A DNA stretch of 64,000 nt from Octopus sinensis (taxonomy: Eukaryota), in assembly GCF_006345805.1 (NCBI RefSeq), contig NC_043015.1:53692001-53756000 (forward strand), written 5' to 3'. The translations under genes were made by a program, and so were the position numbers. The notes under the pieces are model-generated. The model was not told where the DNA came from. It saw only the letters and a list, made by a program, of their open reading frames with translations, and ran no database searches. Of this stretch, positions 53,705 through 64,000 are shown piece after piece (the first letter of the stretch is position 1; each line of letters begins with the position of its first letter).

Positions 53705-55190
53705 TGCTCCATTCTAGTTTTCTATTCAGGCTAGGTTATTTTCTATTATATGTGTAGCTTCTGTAATTTGTCTAATTGTTGCATCTGTTCTATGTGTGGA
53801 CAATATCTTAATCTCTATGTTATTGATTGATCCCCCGTGTTCTTGTTCGGCGTGTTGGTACAGAATCGATGAGCTTTTACCTTCCTGAGTTGTCTCCAAT
53901 GTTTATTCACCCACTCACCAATGCTTCTTGCAGTTTCCCCTAGTATGTTACTGTCTTGTTACTGCATCGTCCCTCTATACATCTTATACTATAGACCACA
54001 TTTCTGGCTTTACAGTTCGTTTGTGGGCTAAATCTACATACAGTGCAATAGTTATCCGTACAGAGAGTTCTACTAAAAGGATAGCTTCTACCAATTATAG
54101 ATCTGATAGGGTTGCCTGCTTTTCAACAACCTTAATTCTTAGTTTAAGTTTATCTAGGGTCCTTCTAAAGCGGTACGCTAGTTCACCTCCAGGGGTGGTG
54201 TCAACGAACATGACACTCTGGTATTTATGGCTATCATACCAAGAGTTGGCCTTCCCTATTTTCTTTTTTGTCCTTTCTATAGTGTTCCATGACTTGTTCT
54301 ATAGAGTGGGCAAATCCCATTCCTATCATTAATAATATATTATCAAATTCTTCATGGCTCCTTTGTATACTCTGATCCTTTCTTTATGGCTGTAACCTGA
54401 GAACTGCATGCGGTGAATGAAAATGAGTATGTGTCTCTTTAATTCTGTAGGCTCGCACATGCGTGACACATTTCTCATTATTCTGACGAGGTCTGCCATC
54501 AAAATATTGAATTTGGCATTGCCCGCAATGGCTGAGTTCCGGTGGATCAGGTATTTTGAGGCCATAGGTTTTGCATGTATGAATGAAGGATTTGGGTTTT
54601 ATTTTTCACAATTCTAGCCAGAGTTCAGTGTCTAGTACTGGTAGTCTATGGTTGGGGTGTTTAGTGGGGTAGTCTATTGTGACCTTAATACTCTGGTGGA
54701 TGGAGTTAGCTATTTGCTGGATGCTCTCCATAGTATTAGTTTCTATTACTATATCAACAGTACTCTCTTGTGGGGGTGCCTTTACTACTATATTGATATC
54801 ATCAACATAGCGAGAGTACATGTTTACGAGTATGGATTTCTGCAGTAGGCATTCTTTAAGCCTTCTGTCCCACCATACCATGAAGAGGTTGGCCACATCA
54901 CCAGCGATACTAACACCGATGGCTGCCCCCTCGTCCTGGCATTATTTTATATTAAATTTAAATGTGTGGCCTTTTAGGGTAACTCTTATACTAGCTCCTA
55001 GTGCATGTGCGATCATTTTCTTTACCTGATGGACATTTGCGGGGCTCCGTATGGCTCTGGTCCATCCGCGCCATCTTTCTATATGTGTCTTCCTAGCCAT
55101 AGAAATAATTGTAGGCGGTCTACCTCTTAAACATCTACTGGGGCAGAAACTACTAAGATTATGTTTATCTAAGTATTCACTATTATATAT
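53705..55190 (-). pseudogene. PLE polyprotein remnant: RT, thumb and C-terminal GIY-YIG endonuclease
   Basis: GRPPTII...GHTFKFN..*CQDEGAAIGVSIAGDVANLFMVWWD...SRYVDDINI...LPVLDTELW; LIHRNSA; YCTVC...NCKARNVVYSIRC...TY(I)GETARSIGEW...ILYQHAEQEHGG...RQITEA...NRKLEW, with stops and frameshifts. Confidence 0.92.
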
Positions 55191-55648
55191 TTAACATAAT
55201 AAATACACAGGTAATTAAAGAAATAGAAATGAATATCTATATGTGTATGTATGTGTGTATATATGTATATATATGTATATGTATATGTATATGTATGTAT
55301 ATATATATATGTATATGTATATATATTTTTTTTTTTCGATTAGATTTATTATTATTATTACTAATATTGTTGTTATACATACATACAAGCATATGTAATG
55401 ATAATAATGTGGTGGATGTAAAACATGAACAAAATTAGAACAAAAGCAACAACAACAAAACAAAATACAAATTACAAGAATGTATATAACCAGAAGTACA
55501 AATATTACAGGCATCCCCCCCACCACACACTAAATAAACATAGACGCACATAGAGATATAAGCATGCGCAAATGAAGACATACAATAGAATACAAAATGG
55601 CTGACGGTTAGTAAGGAGAGAAACACAAGTAAGTGAGAAGAAAACAAA

Positions 55649-55692
55649 GGACCACTGATGGGTCACAGGAGTGTGACGAAAGAACTTTGGCC
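55649..55692 (+). ncRNA. Variant hammerhead motif in the right PLE arm (counterpart at 53188-53230, minus strand)
   Basis: ggacca CTGATGG GTCAC aggagt GTGAC GAAA g aa c t t tggcc: perfect 5-bp stem II and GAAA, but A9 is G (left copy CTGATGCG) and stem III is minimal. Confidence 0.45.
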
Positions 55693-55967
55693 GAAATAAG
55701 ATTAAGATTGATGTAAAAAAAAAATATCACTGAAGCAAAATAACACCAAATAAAATGTATAGGCGTGTGTTTTTATTGGCTAAACTGGCAATATGACCAT
55801 TCCGAAATATAACAATATATATATATATATACATATATGTAATGAGAGCGAAGGAGAGAGGAGAGAGAGAGATTCGTAAATGAATCATCTACATTAAGTT
55901 GTAGCAGAGATGGATGCATATTTAACTCATCCATATTCTGGTTGACATATTTATTAGTGTATGTATG

Positions 55968-56013
<46 letters not shown>

Positions 56014-56182
56014 TATCTATATATATATATATATGCATATATGTATACATGTATGCATATATTATGCATTATATATACATGCATATATATATGTATACAT
56101 ATGTAAAATATATATGCATATTTATATGTATATATATATGCATATATATATATATGTAATATATATATGTGTATATATATGG

Positions 56183-56311
56183 ATGTATGTATTTGTATGT
56201 AGGTGTACATGTATGTGTGTGTATTTATATTTATTGGTGTATATGTATAGACTAGCCTTCTAAGAGTGTAGACATGAATCTGTAGGTACGCGTATATATA
56301 TATATATATAT

Positions 56312-56354
<43 letters not shown>

Positions 56355-56470
56355 GTACATGTATGTATTTGTATGTAGGTGTACATGTATGTGTGTGTAT
56401 TTATATTTATTGGTGTATATGTATAGACTAGCCTTCTAAGAGTGTAGACATGAATCTGTAGGTACGCGTA
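56183..56470. repeat. 112-bp exact tandem duplication (56183-56294 and 56359-56470) separated by (TA)n
   Basis: atgtatgtatttgtatgtaggtg...gactagccttctaagagtgtagacatgaatctgtaggtacgcgta occurs twice, period 176. Confidence 0.85.
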
Positions 56471-57205
56471 CGTATGTGTATATACGTGAATGTATGTAGA
56501 TGTATGTATGTATGAATAATACGCGTGCGTGCGTGTATGCGTATGAGTGTACGAATGAGTGAGTGTACGTGCTAAAGAGTGTGCGTGAGTGAATGAGTAA
56601 TTGTTTTCCAGTAGACGGATAAATGGTCTGGCTGTCATAGCCAAGATGTTTGTGACCAAGCGGCCCAAGATAACAAAAGTAATAAACGAAGATAATAAAA
56701 TTAAAATTAGGGAATGGGTCTGTATTTGTATATGTATATTATATATGTGTGTAGTGTAGGTATGCATGGGTACACATATGTATATATATGGTATATATAT
56801 ATATATTATGTGTATGTATATATATGTGTATATGTATGTGTATGTATGTATATATATGTGTATGTATGTGTATGTGTGGGCGTTTATATATATGTGTGTA
56901 TGTGTATATATGTGTATATAGGGACTAGTGTGCTGTGTGTGCATGTGTGTGTATGGATTTGTGTGTGTATGCGTGTATGTGAGTATGTGTGTGTATGTGT
57001 ATATATATTTTTCTGTGTGTATATGTATGTGTGGTCGTGTGTGTATATTACATGTGTGTATACGTGTATGCAAGTGAGTGTGTGTATGTATACATATATA
57101 TGTGTATGTGTAGATATGTATATGTATGTGTGAGTGTATATATGGTGTATGTGTAGAGGTATAAGTGAGAATCTCCTTATTTACCTAAAACTCTATTCCC
57201 CCTTT

Positions 57206-57250
<45 letters not shown>

Positions 57251-57423
57251 ATATATATTTTATTTTTTTTATTTTATTTTTATTTTTTATTATTTATTTA
57301 TTTTTTATATTTTTTTATATATTTTTTTATATATATATATTTTTTTTTTTTTTTTTTTTTTATTTTTTTTTTTATTTTTTATTATTCTCCTATCTAATTT
57401 AACACTGACCCCTATTCTAAAAC

Positions 57424-57457
<34 letters not shown>

Positions 57458-58069
57458 ACATACATGCATACATACATACATATACGCATACACACACACA
57501 CAACCATGTGAGTACACGTCTTATGAAGATATTTATAAATATATATATCCACATATATATTATATGGATACACAATCAGAAAGGTACAGTTATGTGCTCA
57601 CAGGCACATAGATATATACTTCACACATATGTATATATGTGTGTGCGCGTGTGTGTGTGTGTATAAATATACCATTACAGCAAACGAAGTGACAGCGACT
57701 TCAAATTCTCGGCCTAATAATCTTTGTCGGACTGTCAGAGTAAGACTAGCAGGATGAAAACAAGCATCAATATGTTTGTGTCTGTGGGCGCGCATTTCAT
57801 GCGTCTTTTCTTGCTGACTTCAACTTGGTTGAAGAGATGGAAGCCATGGTTGACTCTTCATTTCATCCTATCGAGATCGATAAAATATGTACCAATTGGA
57901 CTCTGGGAACGATGTAATCGACTTGGACCTTATCCTGTATTGGTGGACTTGTGCCAGAATCTGAAAGCAATGCGTGTGTATATTTGTGTGAGTAAATGTG
58001 TGCGTGTGTGTGTGTATGTGTGTGTGTGTGAGTGTGTATGTTTGTGTGTGTCTGTGTGTGTGTGTGCTT

Positions 58070-58513
58070 TACGCTTTCGAACTTTCCAAATGGATTCTTC
58101 ATGATGACAATGCACCCTGTCAACGAGCTCCATTCACTCATGAGTTTCTCACCAAAGACAACATGATATTGCTTCCACACCCACTCCATTCGCCAGATTT
58201 AGCACCTGCGGGCTTCCATCTCTTCTGCAAAACGAAAACGCAGCCCAAAGTTCACCATTTTAACACCCGTTGTCGAGGTCAAGACCAAATCGCAGAAGGT
58301 CCTCAACTTGATTACAGAAATAAACTTCCATTCCGGATTCCATTGATCATGCTTCGGAAAGCTTATGGCGACAAAGCAATGCGTTGTACACAACGTTTTG
58401 TGTGGCACGGGCAATTCCAAAGCGGAAGTACATACCTGAAAGACGATGTCTGTTTTATACGGAGAAGTGTAGGGTGAAGCATCCTCATACACTTTCGAAC
58501 TTTTCAAATGGAT
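58070..58513 (+). mobile_element. Rearranged mariner transposase remnant
   Basis: WILHDDNAPCQ...LPHPLHSPDLAPAGFHLF (catalytic C-terminal part, from 58091) precedes MLRKAYGDKAMRCTQRFVWHGQFQSG..YLKDD (N-terminal HTH, from 58349); 26-bp direct repeats (24/26 identical) at 58070-58095 and 58488-58513. Confidence 0.8.
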
Positions 58514-60099
58514 AGTTTCTGTTCTCTCCGTAAACATAGTGGACGATATTTGCCAGGGTTAAAAAGAAAAATGGATGAATAAATAATTCCATAGATATAA
58601 CTGACTAAAGTATACAGCCCAGAAATAATACGTTAATCGACTGATTGTGACATAGAAACACGTAACGGGGTCCTGAATGGAGATTATATGCACCTTACTA
58701 CTTCAGAAATGCTTTGATCCTTGTATATATGATTGCATATAAAGGTTAAAGCGCAAAGAACTCTTTCGGTCATGAATGACCATGGAAATGCGCCTAGAAT
58801 GTTCCCCTTCGCGGCACAAGTCCAGGCAAGGTTGTTTGGTGAAGACCAGCAGTTGCACATGAACACGAGCCTCCCTTCTCTACACCACCGATTTTGTCCA
58901 AAGGAAAAGTAAAAGCCGACACAGCTGGGCATCAGTGATGACGCACCTCACTCCTACAGCTGCAGGAACTGGAGCAACATGAAATAAAGTGTCTTGCTCA
59001 AGAACACAACACACAGCCGGTCAGGGAATCAAACTCACTACCTCATGATTGTGAGCCGGACACTCTAACCACTGAGCCACGGAGTAACGAAACATTGCAT
59101 CATTGGGTCTGTGTTTGCAACATACTGAAGACATTTTGAAGGATTTGTACCTAATGAGTCCGTGGTTAAATTCCACCAGCCAGGTCGTCTGGTATTCTAC
59201 CGCTTCAGCCAATTTTTGTGCGACACACCCACGAACGGAATTTCTTTGTGATAAATTATTCAATACTGCAGTACAACAACAGCAATACAAATCGATTTTT
59301 TATCACAAGGCAGTCTATAATTCTCAACTGATATGTAAAACATATGACGTGCATACGATTGATATCGTTCATTTTCTACATGTGTGTGTGTGAGTGGGCG
59401 TGTATGTGTGTGTATGTTTGTGTATCATGTGCTGTAACCTAACGCACAGTTTAAACTAGGGAGATGAAAATTTCTTCATAGTATTTGCCAGTAGTAGAGT
59501 TTTAAACATGAAATTAAAGAATAACGTATAATCATCAGAGCTCTCTCTACCCGAATCGTACCCCGTATGATTTTTGCCAAGCCCGATCCGGTTTGATCTG
59601 GAATTAAACATTGACGGTAACAATAGCAATGACTTTAATACATGTTCTCAGAATTATGTACGGGTCAAGTGACAAAGTTAATTAAATAGAAATTGCTTTC
59701 CATTCAAACTTTGTGACTCCTTGTGAATCTTGCAAGGATAGAAAATAATTTTTGAAGATTTTACGCAGAGCGTCAGCTTTAGATTATTCTGTAGTCACTA
59801 TTTTGTTGGTAAGGACGTCTGTAAAATTTCCGAGTTCCCCGCCATGTTGTTTTTGAAATGGTAGCTTTAAGCATGCCTGGTAATTGGTTTTGAAGGTTGA
59901 AGTTTCGGGTTATGTATGTTGGATTAGAGAGAAAACATTACAATTGAGAAGGATCAATGATGGAGATCGACAAGGAGTTGGGGATTAGAGGGGATTTAGG
60001 CAAGGAAATGACACCGGGACCAGATGGTAAGGTTTCCGTAGAAAAGGTTGCGATGTGAATGCGAGTGGAAAAAGGGAATATTTTAGGGAGAGGCGTGTT

Positions 60100-60140
<41 letters not shown>

Positions 60141-61326
60141 AATGTAGAAATGGGGAAAAGGAGAGAGAGACAGACAAAGTGATGGACTGTGTGTACGTAT
60201 GTGTGTTTCTGTGTGTTTAGATGCAATTGACAATGATAGAGATCCGGCGAGATGGCATCCAGAGGTAATTAGACAGAGAGAAGATATAGTCAGATAGGGG
60301 ACGGAGATATATACACAGAGACAAAGAGGGAGTGAATTAGAGAGAGACAGAAAGGGAGAAATGCACGAGAGTGGGCGACAATACCCCGTTTTGAGATCTT
60401 AACTGCGACAAACAAATTTCGAACATATGCATAGTGTCTATATATGTGTGTGTGATAAAGGCGGCGAACTGGCAGAAACGTTAGCACACCGGGCGAAATG
60501 CGTAGCCGTATTTCGTCTGCCGTTACGTTCTGAGTTCAAATTCTGCCGAGGTCGACTTTGCCTTTCATCCATTCGGGGTCGATAAATTAAGTACCAGTTT
60601 CGCACTGGGGTCGATGTAATCGATTTAATCCCTTTGTCTGTCCTTGTTTGTCCCCTTGTGGGCAGTAAAGAAATATATGTGTGTGTGTTTGTGGGTGTGT
60701 GTGTGTATGAAAATGTATTTACGTGTAGATACTTTCATACATACATACATATATACATATATATATATGTAAATGTAAGTGAATATATATATATATAGAT
60801 ATAGATATATTTGTCTGTGTGTCTGTATATATGTATATGTAAATATATTTGAATAACACCTGCGTTTAACTCCATTTATTTATTTATCTATATATGTATA
60901 AGTATATCTATTTATCTATCTTTATATCTATCTAGGTATCTTCTTGTTTAGGTACGTATCTATCTATCTATGTGTATGTATGAATGTATGTATGCATATA
61001 CATAATACTCTTTTATTCTTTTACTTGTTTCTGTCATTTGACTGCGGCCATGCTGCAGCACCACCTTTAGTCCAACAAATCGAACCTTGTTCTTATTCTT
61101 TGTAGCCCTAGTACTTACTTGACCCTTATAACTTATAACTTATTCTTTGTAAGCCTAGTACCTATTCTATCCGTCAGTTTTGCCGAACTGCCAAGTTACG
61201 GGCACATAAATACACCAACATCGGTTGTCAAGCGATGGTGAGGTTACAAACACAGACACACAAACACACATGTATATGTATGTATGTGTGTATGTATGTA
61301 TGTATGTATGTATGTATGTATGTATG

Positions 61327-61360
<34 letters not shown>

Positions 61361-61399
61361 TGTTGTATGTATGTATGTATCTATGTATCTATGTATGAA

Positions 61400-61448
<49 letters not shown>

Positions 61449-62415
61449 CAGAGAGAGAGAGAGAGAGATACTTACTGACAGATAGGGTCAGACAGACAAA
61501 GAAAGGGACAGAGAATTGGATGAGAGAGGGAGAGGAGGAGAGGAGAAGAAGAGAAAATAAATAGGAAGAGGAGAGAAGAAAAGGAGTAGAAGAAGAAGAA
61601 GAAGAAGAAGAAGAAGAAGAAGAAGAAGAAGAAGAAGAAGAAGAAGAAGAAGAAGAAGAAGAAGAAGAAGAAGAAAAGAAGAAGGAGGAGGAGGAAGAGA
61701 GACAGATGGATAGGATGGTCAGTGAGATGTGTGAGGGTAGTGAGAATATGTTGCTTGTAGAAAGGATGGGAGAGATTATTAGGAAGATAATGAAGTGGAA
61801 GTTGATGAGACTACGAGATAGATATGATTCACAAATATCGAATATTTTGCAGAGTCATTTGTGATTGGAATGGTGGGGTGGAATAGAGGGAATAGGGTGG
61901 AACAGGGTGGAACAGGGACACATCGGCTCTGATATACAGCTACAGATCAAGTCACAAAAACACACACACATGCATAACATACACACATACACACACACGC
62001 GCATATATATGTGTGTGTGTGTGTGTATGTGTGTGTGTGTGTGCGTGTGTGTGTGATGGGCTTCTTTGAGTTTCCGTTTACCAAATCCATTCACGAGACT
62101 TTGGTCGCCCTGTAGCTATAGCAGAAAACACTTGCCCAAGGTACCACGCACCGAGCCCGGAACCATGTGGCTGGAAAGAAAACATCTTACCACACAGCCA
62201 CATGTATGTATATATGTATACATGAATATATAATGTTGTGTATAAGTATGTCTAACAGTGTGCATATGTGCATATATAATACCCGCGGCCATTGGAGTCT
62301 GACGAGTCGTTTATAAGGCTAGGCGCTTTACAGAGGCGTAACCACTGGCCACTCTAGGACCAGTCATACAATTCACTTCCGATATATCCATCCATATATA
62401 TATATATATATATAT

Positions 62416-62616
62416 GACCGCGTGTGTACCCTTGGCGATTTTTTTCCTCCGTCTTCCCTTCCTTGAATCTTTCCTTTTCCTATGTTTCAGAAGAGCTCCG
62501 CTCGAAACGTTAAACACTCCTTCTTTCCCTCTTTCCTGAGCGTCCAATAATACTATACTTGTTCTACGTTCTCGCGTTGTTGTGTTTTCTCTTTGTGTTT
62601 TCATGTTTGTATTAAC
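62416..62616 (+). mobile_element. ~200-bp element with a decayed hammerhead motif, flanked by (TA)n
   Basis: TGTTT cagaa GAGC tcc GCTC GAAAC GTT AAACA (62483-62516): stems I, II and III intact; CTGANGA core damaged. Confidence 0.55.
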
Positions 62617-62630
62617 TATATATATATATA

Positions 62631-62912
62631 TGAAAGTTGAAATTTATAGAAAAACAAAAGACGAAGACAGGTGTATGAACAACAAGCAAGTGTATTAGTT
62701 TGACGCCTACGAGAATGAAAAGGAATAAGAGAAAATATACAAAGAGAGAATGAAAAAGTAAACAGAGAAAGAATGAAAAAGAACAAAAGAAAGACTTGTA
62801 GAGTTCAGTGGTCCACCATAGCGAATATATGTATGTATGTATGATGTATGTATGTATGTATGTATGTATGTATGTATGTATGTATGTATGTATGTATGTA
62901 TGTATGTATGTA

Positions 62913-62970
<58 letters not shown>

Positions 62971-63062
62971 ATATACAAATATTCGCCATGTTGGACCGCT
63001 TGCTGTTCATTCATCTGTCTGTGTTTTTTATTCTTGTTTTTTTTCCATAAATTTAAATTCAG
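62631..63062. repeat. Diverged inverted pair (62631-62830 and 62976-63062) around (TATG)n(TA)n
   Basis: gaaatttatagaaaaac...aacaacaagc and ggtccaccatagcgaatat are mirrored by atattcgccatgttggacc gcttgctgtt...tttccataaattt. Confidence 0.6.
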
Positions 63063-63263
63063 CAAAAAATTTTTGGTTTGTTGGGAATCGTGCATTTGTG
63101 CTGGTCTTCCTTCTGTATTCGTTGAAGACATGGACTTCTTACATAAATACTCAGAAAGCTTTCACCAATAGAGCCTTTGTTAAATTCTCATGATCAACGA
63201 TCAGGAAATCGTTTGCAGTAGAGATAGAATTGTTAGAGAAAAAGAGAAAGAGAGAGAGAGAAC

Positions 63264-63301
<38 letters not shown>

Positions 63302-63409
63302 GATCATAAGTCTCATGAATTCAAATTATACTGGTTTGCAATCAGTTAGCGCGGATCGGAAATTTAGGATGGATGGGTTATGAGCGTATCCGTAATTTTT
63401 TCATCTTTT

Positions 63410-64000
63410 TACAGTGGGAAGCAAAAAACAATGCAAAGTAGAGAAGGGTATAAAAACCAGCTAAAAAAACTAGTCTTGGAATGTTGAATACATCATACAA
63501 AGATATTGAGTCTATTCCTCATGGAACAAATAAATGGCGGGAAAAGATCTGATCTCGAGAAAACGATTTTGAAGAAGCCAATCTAAAAGTATGAAAAAAT
63601 GAAAATAGAAGTACGGAAAAATAACACCTTAATAAATCCGGTAATGGTGCCATTCTCCAGTTGATTAGCATGTGGTAAGACTTGTCTTGATAAGACTGGT
63701 TTAACTTTATATCCCAGAACTCATCTTCACACAGTTGGTTCAAATGACACGTGGATCATTCAAGCAGATACCTTCGTATGCCATAATTGCAATGAGACAT
63801 ATAAGTACGGCGCTGGTCTCAAAAGGGCCTTTCAATATGCATAAATTAGGCAGGAGAAACAACATAGTGCCTCTTCAGGTGAGACATATTTGTACTGCAT
63901 GTAATGCATATTTCAAACAGCTCTCGGGATTCAAAAGCTACTTACGTGCTCATGCACTGGAAAAGCCACTTCTAACATGTGGCCAAGCTTTGAATAATAG
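63410..64000 (+). mobile_element. Decayed RTE-type LINE ORF C-terminus with three C2H2-like fingers; may continue past the window end
   Basis: GYKNQLKKLVLEC / SYKDIES...NKWREKI...DFEE, then CGKTCLDKTGLTLYPRTH (63671), FVCHNCNETYKYGAGLK and HICTACNAYFKQLSGFKSYLRAH. Confidence 0.7.

Larger units (their letters stand above)
53064..55818 (-). mobile_element. Penelope-like element, 5'-truncated, flanked by ~600-bp inverted copies of its 3' region (pseudo-LTRs)
   Basis: Arms 53064-53666 and 55193-55818 are high-identity reverse complements enclosing RT-EN coding remnants. Confidence 0.9.

Overview
AT-rich, microsatellite-dense eukaryotic non-coding DNA. The SINE families and (TA)/(CA)/(TACA)/(GATA)/(AAT) tracts suggest an octopus-type cephalopod genome (inference). 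I found no intact protein-coding gene; nearly all ORF-track entries are translated microsatellites. Decayed coding remnants: one isolated GMP reductase exon with splice sites (28721-28908), a probable class A GPCR pseudogene (~50029-50545), a Penelope-like element (PLE; RT plus C-terminal GIY-YIG, 53064-55818), an R4/Dong-type RLE fragment in a (TACA)n tract, CR1/L2-group and RTE LINE fragments, and mariner transposons. The main signal is a set of type I hammerhead ribozyme (HHR) motifs found by eye in up to six unrelated repeat families. These are a tRNA-headed (AAT)n-HHR SINE-like element (4 HHR-bearing copies), a 403-nt tandem retrozyme-like dimer, a 482-nt tandem/inverted array, an HHR inside a MITE, a variant HHR in both PLE arms, and one decayed copy. 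Several share a 3'-ends-outward inverted architecture and (TA)n flanks with the PLE, which suggests one PLE-driven mobilisation system (inference). All folds, translations and alignments were done manually; coordinates of decayed elements are approximate.
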